DNA of 64,000 bases from an uncultured virus (IMG/VR IMGVR_UViG_2651869845_000001) (lineage: Duplodnaviria > Heunggongvirae > Uroviricota > Caudoviricetes), in IMG/VR virus record IMGVR_UViG_2651869845_000001; one strand, written 5' to 3'. The notes beneath the pieces are model-generated. The model ran no database searches and was not told where the DNA came from. It saw nothing but the letters and a program-made list of their open reading frames with translations. Below, piece after piece: positions 1-9,767 of this stretch. The translations under genes were made by a program, and so were the position numbers. Positions within the stretch are counted from its first letter, which is position 1, and every line of letters begins with the position of its first letter.

Positions 1-1004
1 GGGACTGTTTCTTGGATCTCCTGACATGAGTGGGGTGTTGGGGTCAGGCTGTCTGTATGGGGCGTGGAGATCTGACGAATGCGGAGTGGGATCGGCTGGT
101 GTCGTTCTTACCTCCTGGTGGTGCGCGTGGTGGTCGGTGGAGTGATCACCGCCGGGTGATCAACGGGGTGCTCTACCGGGTCCGGACGGGCGTTCAGTGG
201 AGGGATCTGCCGGAGCGCTTCGGGCCGTGGGAGACGGTCTACAAGCGGCATCGCCGCTGGTCGGAGGACGGGACCTGGGCGATGCTCCTGTCGCGGATTC
301 AGGCTGCCGAGGACGATGCGGGCCGAATCGACTGGGACGTATCGGTGGACTCGACAGCGGTGCGCGCCCACCAGCATGCCGCCGGCGCGAGGAAGGCACC
401 GCCGGCCGCGTCGCCTCAAAGGGGGAATGTTCGAGGGACGAACCAGGTCGATCCGGTACTGCGGAAACTCGTCGTCCGGCTGGAGGAGGTGGTCAGATCG
501 GCGAGTGTCTGGGACGCTCCCGCGGCGGATTCACCACCAAAATTCACCTCGCCGCCGACGGACGATGCCGGCCCCTCGCCTTCGTCCTGACACCCGGACA
601 CTACGGTGACGGGCCTCAACTCGAGCGAGTACTGGGGCAGGTCTCGGTGGCCCGAGCCGGCGTCGGCCGACCCCGAACCAGACCCGACCGGGTCCTGGCG
701 GACAAGGCCTACACCTCCCGCAGCAACCGCCGCTACCTGCGACGACGCGGGATCCCACACACCATCCCAGAACGCCTTGACCAGCGAAGACACCGCAAGA
801 ACCGGGGATCACAAGGCGGCCGGCCCACCAGCTTCGACAGCGAGCGCTACAAGAAACGCAACACCGTCGAACGCACCATCAACCGCCTCAAAGGGTTCCG
901 CGCCGTCGCAACCCGCTACGAGAAACGCGCCTACATCTACCTCGGCACCGTCACCCTCGCAGCCCTCATCATCTGGCTCCGAACATGATCCAAGAAACAC
1001 TCCC
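1..1004 (+). mobile_element. IS5-family insertion sequence (two-ORF, IS427-like organisation)
   Basis: 18-bp terminal inverted repeats GGGACTGTTTCTTGGATC (1-18) and GATCCAAGAAACACTCCC (987-1004), one mismatch; right end runs into CTAG (1004-1007); encloses the transposase ORFs. Confidence 0.92.
57..988 (+). CDS. IS5-family transposase, expressed from two overlapping ORFs by probable -1 frameshift
   Basis: ORF1 has DLTNAEW...RTGVQWRDLPERFGPWETVYKRHRRW and VDSTAVRAHQHA; ORF2 (-1 frame) has GRSRGGFTTKIHL, LADKAY and YKKRNTVERTINRLKGFRAVATRYEK; slippery run CAAAGGGGGAA at about 417-427. Confidence 0.9.
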
Positions 1005-1421
1005 TAGGNNNNNNNNNNNNNNNNNNNNNNNNNCTTATCTAGGGAACCAAGTTAGCGCGCATGATCTCGTATCGCTCGGGCGGTCTACCCCGGTGCGGCG
1101 ACCGGTGGTGGCATACTCCCCTAGGGAAGCATAAAGTAGGCCAGACGCACATGAGGCGCACGCAACCGACCTGACTGCTGCGTCCGTCCCCATCGCCAAG
1201 ATCTGCAACGATTTGGCGACGCGATAGGAGGCGTAGGTGAAACACCCCCCATGAGCAGGGCGGGTGATCGACCGGACTACCGATCCAGTCGATCACCCTT
1301 CAGCCGCTGACCTGCGAAGACAAGCGGCCTAGCAGAGTGCCCCATCGAGATAGGACCTGCCTATGTGGAGTCTAAGGGCTTTCCTGGAACTCCGTAAAAG
1401 TACCTGCGAGGTGTACCTCGC

Positions 1422-1721
1422 ATGGTGAACGACCCCAACGCCGGCGACCCTCTGTTCGTCACGTTCGAGAGCGGAGCCCAACTGCTCGTCGAACGCGGCC
1501 TGGACTCCAACGCCAACGGCGACTCCGTCAGGTACATCGCACGAACCCGGAGCGACTGGCCGTTCGGCGACCCCGGCAGCGACAAACCGCACACCTACAT
1601 CAAGGTCGCCAACGCGCGGACCATGGAGACCGGTGTCTTCCTCGACTACTTCCGGAAGCATCCGCCCCAGCCAGGGGTCCGAGGGCCGGACAAGAAGCCT
1701 CGTCAGGCGCGCCGCCAGTGA
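1422..1721 (+). CDS. Hypothetical protein, possibly small DNA-binding protein
   Basis: 99 aa with basic C-terminus; 8-bp inverted repeat TGCGAGGT-gt-ACCTCGCA (1405-1422) touches the start codon. Confidence 0.6.
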   Translation: MVNDPNAGDPLFVTFESGAQLLVERGLDSNANGDSVRYIARTRSDWPFGDPGSDKPHTYIKVANARTMETGVFLDYFRKHPPQPGVRGPDKKPRQARRQ

Positions 1722-1884
1722 GGTGCTTACCCGGGGCAATACCCGGCCGAATCCCCGTTAGCGTCGTACCCAGAACGCGCGAATGGCCGGCGAGTTCGCA
1801 GCTCACTCCGGCCACTCAAGCACTACAGCGGGTTCGTGGCCCGCTGCTTCGAACGAGTCCCACCCTCTGAAAGTAGGCCGTTCC

Positions 1885-3300
1885 ATGAACAGACTAGCGG
1901 TAACTTCGGCCGCCGCGAAGTTTCCGAGAGCCACTCGTCGCGGAAGCCGCTTCGACTGGATCAAGTTCGACTTCGAACTGGCCCGCGACGGATCGGTCGA
2001 CCCCACGGACAAGGCGCTCTATGCGGCCATCGCATCCTTCGTGGATGTCGACTCCCGGGAGTCTCCCGGTACATCCGACATCGACATCGACGAAATCCCT
2101 GCCGACGTGCCCACCAGGAAGCGTCTCGCCTCCTGCATCGGTAAGTCCCTGGACACGGTCGACCGGGCAACTAAGCGGCTCGAGGAACGTGGTCTGCTTC
2201 GGGTCCACCGGCAGGCCGACCCGAAGAACCCTCGGACCATGCTCCCGAGCGAGTACGAACTGCTGGATCACGAACTGTGGGATCAGAAGGCGGCTGTCAG
2301 GGCTGCACGCAGGGCGGCTCGCTCGGGCCTGCCGGTATCTGACGCCCCAGATCAGGGGGGTAGCCGCACCGGTGCGGCTACCCCTGGGGGCATGGGTGCG
2401 GCTACCCCTGGCCGCACGGGTGCGGCGGTAAAAGACAAGAGAGAAGTAGAAGAAGAGAAGGGAGGAGAGGATGCGGTTTCACCGCGTAGCGGTGTGGACG
2501 GCCGTAGGCCCTCTGACCGTAGTAACGCGCATGAGGTTGAAGGCGGCGTTGCCGCGTCCAGCAAAACCAGCCCGCCCGATCACCTCGAAGACGACACCAG
2601 CCGGCCGGTAGGCGGCACCAAGAGCGGCAGCAAGAAGGCCAAGCACACCCGGCAGCAGCTCGAGCTGGTTGCCGCTGTGCGCGCCTACTACCCCGCCGAT
2701 TTCCTCGAGGGCCTGCCGAACATCCCCGCCTTGTCGGATGCTGTCTTGTCCGCACTGTCCGCTGACGGTGCGGACAGTGCGGACGCCCGCACGGTGGAGC
2801 AGCTGGGTGCACGGATCCAGTACCGGTGGGATCACCACGGGTACGCGTCGAAGTTCTACGCCGGGGAGATCGAGAGCCGGGTGGGTGCTGCGGTCGGGAT
2901 GGTGCGGCCGCTGCGGCGTGGGGATCGGTTCGCGTGTGCGGATCCTCGGTGCGAGAACGGCTTCAGCCTGGATTCTGGGGTGGAGTGCCGTGCCTGCGTG
3001 GAGCGGATCGCGGATCGGCGGGCGGAACGGCGCCAGGAGAAGGCCCAGGAGGCTGCTGACGGGTCGTCGGGCGGTTCTCCGGCCATGCCCGCACCCCGTT
3101 CCGCTGCGCCCGCTGTACGGGCCCTGGGCGAGTGCGCAAACCCGGACTGCCGGGCGTCGATCTCCACCGCCAGCGGAGATGACTTGTGCCTCGACTGCCG
3201 GGCGGACGCCGACGAGACGGACCGTATCCGGGCGGAACTCGCCGCACAATTCGGAACTGCGGAGCAACGCGAGGCATACGCAGCCAACGCACCGTTCTGA
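1885..3300 (+). CDS. HTH replication-initiator-like protein (phage replisome-organiser type) with Cys-rich C-terminus
   Basis: N-terminal DKALYAAIASF...PTRKRLASCIGKSLDTVDRATKRLEERGLL winged HTH, then a low-complexity linker with DNA repeats, then CxxxxC/CxxC motifs. Confidence 0.7.
   Translation: MNRLAVTSAAAKFPRATRRGSRFDWIKFDFELARDGSVDPTDKALYAAIASFVDVDSRESPGTSDIDIDEIPADVPTRKRLASCIGKSLDTVDRATKRLEERGLLRVHRQADPKNPRTMLPSEYELLDHELWDQKAAVRAARRAARSGLPVSDAPDQGGSRTGAATPGGMGAATPGRTGAAVKDKREVEEEKGGEDAVSPRSGVDGRRPSDRSNAHEVEGGVAASSKTSPPDHLEDDTSRPVGGTKSGSKKAKHTRQQLELVAAVRAYYPADFLEGLPNIPALSDAVLSALSADGADSADARTVEQLGARIQYRWDHHGYASKFYAGEIESRVGAAVGMVRPLRRGDRFACADPRCENGFSLDSGVECRACVERIADRRAERRQEKAQEAADGSSGGSPAMPAPRSAAPAVRALGECANPDCRASISTASGDDLCLDCRADADETDRIRAELAAQFGTAEQREAYAANAPF
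2357..2460. repeat. Iteron-like repeats, a 28-bp palindrome and a purine-rich tract inside the initiator gene (candidate origin)
   Basis: Perfect palindrome 2357-2384; GGTGCGGCTACCCCTGG at 2371 and 2395 with a partial copy at 2419 (24-bp period); A/G-rich tract 2430-2460. Confidence 0.65.
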
Positions 3301-3359
3301 TCGTTAGGTAGGCCAACACCTGCCGGCCTACCCGCCCCTTCCAACTTCAGGAGACCCAC

Positions 3360-4025
3360 ATGCGCAAAACGTCCAGAGCAATGCCCGTCTGCCTCGTTCA
3401 CTGCGACACGCTTCTCGACCCCGCTCTCACGCCCACCAGTCGGCTCCTATACGCCGTCCTTCAGGCTTCCGTGGAGACCAGCGACGACGTCGACATGGAG
3501 CGGGTGGCCCTCCTTGTGGGTGTCGCTGACGAGGAGTCGCTCAAGCCGTTCATTGCCGAGCTGTCGACGGCGGGCGTGGTGGAGTGCGTCGACCACAAGA
3601 ATGTCGGCCCGGCGATTAGCGTCCACCAGATGCCCGTAGTTCCGGAACAGCGCACCCACGTGTGTGTGCCGTGCGAGGTCTGCGGGGAGTGCTCGTGCGA
3701 GTACATGCGGGGCATCTGTCGTGGCTGTGACGAGATCCGCCGGGCGGAGGCCCAAGGGAAGGCGGACGTCGCCCGCTGGCAGGGGCACCTGGATGCTGGC
3801 GCGACGTATGCCATCAGTCAGAATGGGGCCCGCCTGCACCGATGGGATTGTTCGACGCTGACAACGCCAGAGAAGAGCTGGGCGTTCTTCGAGGCCTCGA
3901 AGGCTGGGGCGGAGCACGGAGGCGTGAACTGGCAGCGCCTGCCTGCCCTGTTCACCGCAGAGGAGTTGCGGGCGAAGGGCAGCAGGAAGAAGCACTGCGC
4001 GGTTTGTGGACCCGATCCGCTGTAG
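3360..4025 (+). CDS. Hypothetical protein with HTH-like N-terminus and Cys-rich Zn-binding motifs
   Basis: DPALTPTSRLLYAVL start; CVPCEVCGECSC...CRGC, LHRWDC and HCAVC motifs; RBS AGGAG upstream. Confidence 0.65.
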   Translation: MRKTSRAMPVCLVHCDTLLDPALTPTSRLLYAVLQASVETSDDVDMERVALLVGVADEESLKPFIAELSTAGVVECVDHKNVGPAISVHQMPVVPEQRTHVCVPCEVCGECSCEYMRGICRGCDEIRRAEAQGKADVARWQGHLDAGATYAISQNGARLHRWDCSTLTTPEKSWAFFEASKAGAEHGGVNWQRLPALFTAEELRAKGSRKKHCAVCGPDPL

Positions 4026-5015
4026 ACCCACGCCTACTGTCCCCGAGCTANNNNNNNNNNNNNNNNNNNNNNNNNNNNNNNNNNNNNNNNNNNNNNNNNN
4101 NNNNNNNNNNNNNNNNNNNNNNNNNNNNNNNNNNNNNNNNNNNNNNNNNNNNNNNNNNNNNNNNNNNNNNNNNNNNNNNNNNNNNNNNNNNNNNNNNNNN
4201 NNNNNNNNNNNNNNNNNNNNNNNNNNNNNNNNNNNNNNNNNNNNNNNNNNNNNNNNNNNNNNNNNNNNNNNNNNNNNNNNNNNNNNNNNNNNNNNNNNNN
4301 NNNNNNNNNNNNNNNNNNNNNNNNNNNNNNNNNNNNNNNNNNNNNNNNNNNNNNNNNNNNNNNNNNNNNNNNNNNNNNNNNNNNNNNNNNNNNNNNNNNN
4401 NNNNNNNNNNNNNNNNNNNNNNNNNNNNNNNNNNNNNNNNNNNNNNNNNNNNNNNNNNNNNNNNNNNNNNNNNNNNNNNNNNNNNNNNNNNNNNNNNNNN
4501 NNNNNNNNNNNNNNNNNNNNNNNNNNNNNNNNNNNNNNNNNNNNNNNNNNNNNNNNNNNNNNNNNNNNNNNNNNNNNNNNNNNNNNNNNNNNNNNNNNNN
4601 NNNNNNNNNNNNNNNNNNNNNNNNNNNNNNNNNNNNNNNNNNNNNNNNNNNNNNNNNNNNNNNNNNNNNNNNNNNNNNNNNNNNNNNNNNNNNNNNNNNN
4701 NNNNNNNNNNNNNNNNNNNNNNNNNNNNNNNNNNNNNNNNNNNNNNNNNNNNNNNNNNNNNNNNNNNNNNNNNNNNNNNNNNNNNNNNNNNNNNNNNNNN
4801 NNNNNNNNNNNNNNNNNNNNNNNNNNNNNNNNNNNNNNNNNNNNNNNNNNNNNNNNNNNNNNNNNNNNNNNNNNNNNNNNNNNNNNNNNNNNNNNNNNNN
4901 NNNNNNNNNNNNNNNNNNNNNNNNNNNNNNNNNNNNNNNNNNNNNNNNNNNNNNNNNNNNNNNNNNNNNNNNNNNCCGTGTCCTGCCCCTGGGCGCCGGC
5001 ACGAACTCCGTCCTG

Positions 5016-5039
5016 AATGTATTGTCATGCCAATACATT
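5016..5039 (+). promoter_or_regulatory. Palindromic operator-promoter O1
   Basis: AATGTATTG-tcatgc-CAATACATT (perfect arms extend 5012-5043); TTGTCA-17nt-TATGGT promoter on +. Confidence 0.85.
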
Positions 5040-5095
5040 CAGGGTATGGTGAGGATCGATGGCAGGTAACACCCACCCCGGAAGTGGAGAAGACC

Positions 5096-5398
5096 ATGCA
5101 GACGATCACCGTCGAGCCCCTCGCCCAGGAGCACATCCAGATCCTCCGCCTCACCAGCACCCCGCACCTCAGCGGCGGCCTCGATACGATCGCCCCGTAC
5201 AGCGTGTGGATCACCTACCGACTCAACACCGGCGCGAACCAGCACACCTGGACTGCGGCCGTCTCCGGATACCGCGTCCTCCGTAACGGCGTCACCGACA
5301 TGGACGCCGCCAGCATCGTCCTCACAAACCTCGCCGACCAGGACACCACCCCCGACTGGCTCACAGACCTGATCGCGAAGTACACCCCGAGCTGGTAA
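5096..5398 (+). CDS. Hypothetical phage protein
   Basis: 100 aa, GGAG RBS, first gene after O1. Confidence 0.65.
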   Translation: MQTITVEPLAQEHIQILRLTSTPHLSGGLDTIAPYSVWITYRLNTGANQHTWTAAVSGYRVLRNGVTDMDAASIVLTNLADQDTTPDWLTDLIAKYTPSW

Positions 5399-5469
5399 CC
5401 CCCACCCCCGAGACTGGCCCTGCCGCGAATCCCCCACGCGGCAGGGCTTCCCCACGAGAGGATGACCCC

Positions 5470-5970
5470 ATGACCGAGCCCCGCACCTTCCCACTCGCCG
5501 ACGTCCTCAGCGTCACCACAGGCTGCCTACTCTCCCGCACCCGCATGGACGGCATGGGAACCCTCCTCAACTACCTCACCGGGCAGGACACCTTCGCCAA
5601 GCAGCTCATCCCCGCCCAGCAGTTCCTCAAAGCCGCAGACACAACAGCACCGGTCCTTGTCGAGCAGCACCCGTTCCTGGCAGACCTCAAGCCGCCGGCC
5701 GAAATTGATGCCCCGGACTTGATGGCCTGGCTGATTGACGCGGAGCGCGTACACGGCGAGGAGATCACCGTCGTCTCCGTGGCCTCTTGGAAGAACCGGA
5801 AGGTGGCTGCGATGCTGAAGGTAGTCGGGGAAGCTGTCGCCTCCGCGAGCGTGGGCATCCGGCAGTTCAATGAGGCGGTGGCCGCCAGCGAGGTACGCGA
5901 GGTGGCTACGCACCCAGACCTGGCAGAACTGAATGCTCAAGTCGACGGGTACTACGACAAGCCGGTTTGA
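5470..5970 (+). CDS. Hypothetical phage protein
   Basis: 166 aa, FPLADVLSVTTGCLLS N-terminus, RBS upstream. Confidence 0.7.
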   Translation: MTEPRTFPLADVLSVTTGCLLSRTRMDGMGTLLNYLTGQDTFAKQLIPAQQFLKAADTTAPVLVEQHPFLADLKPPAEIDAPDLMAWLIDAERVHGEEITVVSVASWKNRKVAAMLKVVGEAVASASVGIRQFNEAVAASEVREVATHPDLAELNAQVDGYYDKPV

Positions 5971-6263
5971 TGCACGATCCGGGGACACCGATCCGCCCTG
6001 TCACCTACGTTCTGCTTATGCCACTCGACCAGGAACACCTTCTCCATGACCTGATCGGCCGGACAGAACGCGCAGTCGAAACCGTTGCCCGCCTGGCCGT
6101 CGACACCAATATCACCTTCACGGTCGATGACATTGTCGACGCGGTGGAACGTGATCTACCCGCTGGCTACCCGGCACCCACAGCAGGCGAGCTGACCCGG
6201 CGTGACCTCATCGCGCAGATGGCGCAGTCCATCCTCAGCGGGGAGATGTACGGGGAACAGTGA
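5967..6263 (+). CDS. Hypothetical protein
   Basis: Overlaps the previous stop codon; protein-like composition. Confidence 0.6.
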   Translation: MMHDPGTPIRPVTYVLLMPLDQEHLLHDLIGRTERAVETVARLAVDTNITFTVDDIVDAVERDLPAGYPAPTAGELTRRDLIAQMAQSILSGEMYGEQ

Positions 6264-6292
6264 TCCCGCGACGCCCTTGTCGGTATCCGGAA

Positions 6293-6736
6293 CTATGACC
6301 GCGGCGTTTCCTGAACCTCGGCCGCGACTGCCGCCAGCTCGTCCTGGGCTCGCTTCAGGCGCTCCGCGGCCTTGCCGAGTTCCGTGTAGAGCGAGGTCAT
6401 GCGCTGCTGCTCGTCGGCGATTCGGCGTTTGGCGCGCTCCGCTCGCTCGGTGAGGATCTCGTAGCGCGGGCGGGCCGGTGTACGGCACGACGGCTTGCTA
6501 CGTGGCCGGGAGGAGCGCTCGGAAAGCCACGCCCTGGCCTCGGTGAGAACGTACAGGCGCGGAGCACGGGTGTGGTTGCCCTGGATGGCGACCACGGCGG
6601 GGAAGGTCGGATCGCGGCTGATCCAGTTGGAGACGGCGGCGCGTGTGACGCCGGCCAGTTCGGCGATCGCGTTTTGGTTGATCAGTTCGTCTTCTCGGCT
6701 CTCGAATTCGGGCCGGTGCCACGTCACCAGAGACAT
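6293..6736 (-). CDS. AlpA/Xis-like HTH protein with C-terminal coiled coil
   Basis: ELINQNAIAELAGVTRAAVSNWISRDPTFP...RLYVLTEARAWL; heptad-rich C-terminus. Confidence 0.75.
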   Translation of the reverse strand: MSLVTWHRPEFESREDELINQNAIAELAGVTRAAVSNWISRDPTFPAVVAIQGNHTRAPRLYVLTEARAWLSERSSRPRSKPSCRTPARPRYEILTERAERAKRRIADEQQRMTSLYTELGKAAERLKRAQDELAAVAAEVQETPRS

Positions 6737-6787
6737 GCCCGTAAGGCTAGCCTGACACCCATCCGTCAGGCTAGCCTTACGGGCATG
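6734..6787. promoter_or_regulatory. Symmetric bidirectional leaderless promoter/operator
   Basis: Perfect 23-bp inverted repeat (6734-6756 / 6765-6787); each arm has TAGCCT 7 nt before an ATG. Confidence 0.8.
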
Positions 6788-7180
6788 GTGGACATGAATG
6801 CGAAGGCGATCCTGGCCGACTACCTTGACGACTTCCCCGACGAAACAGAGGGGCGGGGGGTCCCGATGCACGTTCTCGTCTGGATCATCAACAGCTACAT
6901 CTCGCAGTACGACAACGACCAGACGGGCCCCGTGACCGCGCTGGAGGCGCTCACGGCAACGCGGCTGCTGGCCGAGTCGATGGCGGCGAGCCGCGGATGG
7001 ATCACCGGGGAAGCCCGCCGCGAAGACGCTTCCTGGACCGAGGTTGGCCACGCGCTCGGCATGACCCGGCAGTCGGCCTGGGAGTTCTTCAAGAAGTACG
7101 CGGAACGCCCCGCGTCCGGCTTCGAGCACCTGGCCGTGAGCGAGCTGGCCGCACTTGGGGAGAAGCCAACGGACCGGTGA
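6785..7180 (+). CDS. HTH protein (C-terminal SWTEVGHALGMTRQSAWE motif)
   Basis: EARREDASWTEVGHALGMTRQSAWEFF is a common actinobacterial HTH. Confidence 0.75.
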   Translation: MVDMNAKAILADYLDDFPDETEGRGVPMHVLVWIINSYISQYDNDQTGPVTALEALTATRLLAESMAASRGWITGEARREDASWTEVGHALGMTRQSAWEFFKKYAERPASGFEHLAVSELAALGEKPTDR

Positions 7181-7302
7181 GGACATGCCAGGACAACACC
7201 GCCGCCCGGCGGGCGTTGGGGCAGACCGCGAGCCTGGCTCGGCGCATTTCCGGGCGTAATCGCGTACTCCCCCTGACGGCCCGTTACGGGCATGCTGGAG
7301 GG

Positions 7303-7443
7303 GTGTACTTCGACTTTGACTGCTGGCGGTGCGGGGCCACGAACGAGGTGTGGTGCCCCGACGTCGGCTTCTGGGGACACCGGTACGAGGCGCCCGCCGT
7401 CTTCTGGTGCTGGCGGTGCGACGAGGAATGCGAGCCGGACTGA
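7303..7443 (+). CDS. Small Cys/Trp-rich Zn-ribbon-like protein
   Basis: 46 aa with CWRC...CWRC; probable leaderless GTG start. Confidence 0.45.
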   Translation: MYFDFDCWRCGATNEVWCPDVGFWGHRYEAPAVFWCWRCDEECEPD

Positions 7444-7566
7444 ACCCACCGATCGTCCAGTCTGCTGTGGGGTGTGTCACGTGCGGGTAGGATCGCGCGA
7501 TCAGGAGGGGAGCGCGGCCCGCAACACCCCCGCCAAGCCCCGACGACAAGCCCATACGCTGCGGGA

Positions 7567-7890
7567 ATGACACCCACAGCCCCTCACATCCGACTCCGTC
7601 TCGGGTTCTTCGAGGACTTCCCCACCGTCGCCGGGCTCCTCCGCGATACCGGCGCCCGCCCCGAAGGACCACGCCTGTTCGTCATCGACGGGCCCATGAC
7701 CGTCGGCCAAGCCACCGCCCTGGTGCGGTTGCTGGAGTACAGCCGGCGCGACGTCAATCACCCCGTGACCGTAGAGACGGATCCCCCAGTCCCCACGGGG
7801 TCGGGGTCGCCGTACGCCGCGGTCAGCGACGAGCTGCACGTCTGGTGGGACGTCACGGTTCTGCGACAGGGCAGCGCCCCGAACGCCTGA
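7567..7890 (+). CDS. Hypothetical protein
   Basis: 107 aa, protein-like composition, probably leaderless. Confidence 0.55.
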   Translation: MTPTAPHIRLRLGFFEDFPTVAGLLRDTGARPEGPRLFVIDGPMTVGQATALVRLLEYSRRDVNHPVTVETDPPVPTGSGSPYAAVSDELHVWWDVTVLRQGSAPNA

Positions 7891-7969
7891 TCACTACAGT
7901 CATTCCGATCCGCACTGTCAGTGGTCGGCCCTACCGTGAGTGGCACCAGGAACCCGACCCTCCGGGGAG

Positions 7970-9256
7970 ATGCGCGTGAGCACGGCGACCACAACCCAGA
8001 CGGACACCCTGCCGGTCTACAAGGCCGGCGAGGTACCCGGGCATCTGCGGACGATGACGCAGCTGAAAGCCGACCGGCTGAAGCCCGCGGACGGGCAGGA
8101 GCCGGTCGGGTTCCTGTTCAGGTACCGGCGGGGTCACGGGTGGGGGAAGTTCCCGTTGTACGACCCGGCCGGGGCGGCGAAGATGCGGCCCCTGTCCGCG
8201 AAGCAGAAACGCTCCAAGGACGCCCGCCGAACCTGCCCGGAGTGCAGCGCCCTGTGCGACTACATCGTGTACCAGCGGTGCGAGGACTGCCGTCAGAAGC
8301 AGATCGCGGCGCAGCAGGACCTGTACGCCCGCACCTGCCACTGGTGTAAGCGGGTATCCGGGGCGGCCCTCGGGGACGATACCCGCGGGTGGAAGGCATG
8401 CACCCCGTGCCGGCTCCGGGACGCGGTGCGGGTTCGGGTCGAGGCGGAACAGCAGATGGTGCGGGACCGTACGTGCCGTGGCTGGTCCAGCCATCACCCG
8501 TGCGGGGTCGAACTGTTCACCGAGGCGGAAGTCGTGGCCGCGCGGGCAGCCGGCACGTGGAAGGGCGTGCAGCTCTGCCCACCGTGCCAGGACGCCATGC
8601 GGCAGTACGAGGCCGAACGGGAGGAGGCGAATCGCCGGTACCGGGCGGAAGCCGAGGAGAAGGACCGGCAGCGGGCCGCAGACCTGAAGGCGTGGGCGTA
8701 CGCGGCACTGACCGACCCCAGCGTGGTCATCCTCGATACGGAGACGACCGGACTGGACGACGACGCCCGGGTAGTCGAGGTGTCCATCATCACCACGGCC
8801 GGCAACGTCGTCCTCGACACGCTCGTCAACCCAGGGCAACCGATTCCCGAGGCGGCCACCAGCATTCATGGCATTACCGACAGCATGGTCGCCGCCGCCC
8901 CGACGTTCACGGAAGTCCTCGGCAAGCTCTCAGCCGCCCTGGACGGTAAGCGCTGCCTGATCTACAACGCCCCCTACGACATCGGCCGCCTACGCTTCGA
9001 GCTCACCCAGCACTACCAGGCAGTCGACAACCTCGAACCTGCCCGTGCGGCTGACGCGTGGATGGACTGCATGACGTTCGAGGACGCCATGATTCCGTAC
9101 TCGGAATGGGCCGGCGAGTGGTCAGAGTACTGGGGTGACTACGCCTGGCAGCCCCTGTGCGGGGGCCACAGGGCGCTGGGTGACTGCCGGGCGGTCGTGG
9201 ACTGCCTGCGGGAGATGTCGGGACAGGGCGGCAGCGTGGCGCCACAGACCGCATGA
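7970..9256 (+). CDS. DEDDh 3'-5' exonuclease (DnaQ-like) with multi-Zn-finger N-terminus
   Basis: ExoI ILDTETTG, ExoII IYNAPYD, ExoIII HRALGD; several CxxC pairs in the N-terminal half. Confidence 0.88.
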   Translation: MRVSTATTTQTDTLPVYKAGEVPGHLRTMTQLKADRLKPADGQEPVGFLFRYRRGHGWGKFPLYDPAGAAKMRPLSAKQKRSKDARRTCPECSALCDYIVYQRCEDCRQKQIAAQQDLYARTCHWCKRVSGAALGDDTRGWKACTPCRLRDAVRVRVEAEQQMVRDRTCRGWSSHHPCGVELFTEAEVVAARAAGTWKGVQLCPPCQDAMRQYEAEREEANRRYRAEAEEKDRQRAADLKAWAYAALTDPSVVILDTETTGLDDDARVVEVSIITTAGNVVLDTLVNPGQPIPEAATSIHGITDSMVAAAPTFTEVLGKLSAALDGKRCLIYNAPYDIGRLRFELTQHYQAVDNLEPARAADAWMDCMTFEDAMIPYSEWAGEWSEYWGDYAWQPLCGGHRALGDCRAVVDCLREMSGQGGSVAPQTA

Positions 9257-9288
9257 TGTGGGCACTGTCCGTGTTCTGAGGGGGACTC

Positions 9289-9723
9289 ATGCGTACACGT
9301 GCCATCGCCGTCACGGCTGTGCTGCTGCTCGCCACGCTCGCCGCCTGCGGGACCGACGACGGCAGCGGTGACAGCAAAGCCGACGCCAAGCCGGCCGCCG
9401 CATCACCCACCCCTCCGCCCGCCGCGGTCGACCCGACCGTCAAATACCTCGCCGACGTCCACGCCGCCGCATTTCCCAGCTGGGACAACACCGCCCCCAC
9501 CGACAGTGAGCTCACCGCGTTCCCGCCGGACTGGTGCCAGGCGTTGGATGCCGGGCACAGCGTCACGTACATCCTCGACCAGGAAGACCTGTACCCGATC
9601 GGCCAGACCTGGGGTACGAAGAAGGAAGACGCGGAGCAGCTGGTGGTGCTGGGGGTGTCGTCGTACTGCCCCACGCACCGGGCTGCGGTCGTTGATGAAC
9701 TGCGGGCGGCCGGCGCGTACTGA
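9289..9723 (+). CDS. Lipoprotein (DUF732-like)
   Basis: Signal peptide with LAAC lipobox, Pro/Ala linker, C...YCP C-terminal motif. Confidence 0.75.
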   Translation: MRTRAIAVTAVLLLATLAACGTDDGSGDSKADAKPAAASPTPPPAAVDPTVKYLADVHAAAFPSWDNTAPTDSELTAFPPDWCQALDAGHSVTYILDQEDLYPIGQTWGTKKEDAEQLVVLGVSSYCPTHRAAVVDELRAAGAY

Positions 9724-9767
9724 GCTGGTCGCCTGCGGGCCGAATGCCTCTCTGACAGACTTGCGGG

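Noticed and set aside
30..590. Transposase pseudogene caused by a frameshift
   Set aside because: The two-ORF arrangement with a slippery A/G run and intact inverted repeats is normal for this IS5 subgroup
3842..5214. Long ORFs spanning the N gap
   Set aside because: Artefacts of translating Ns; only 5096-5398 is supported
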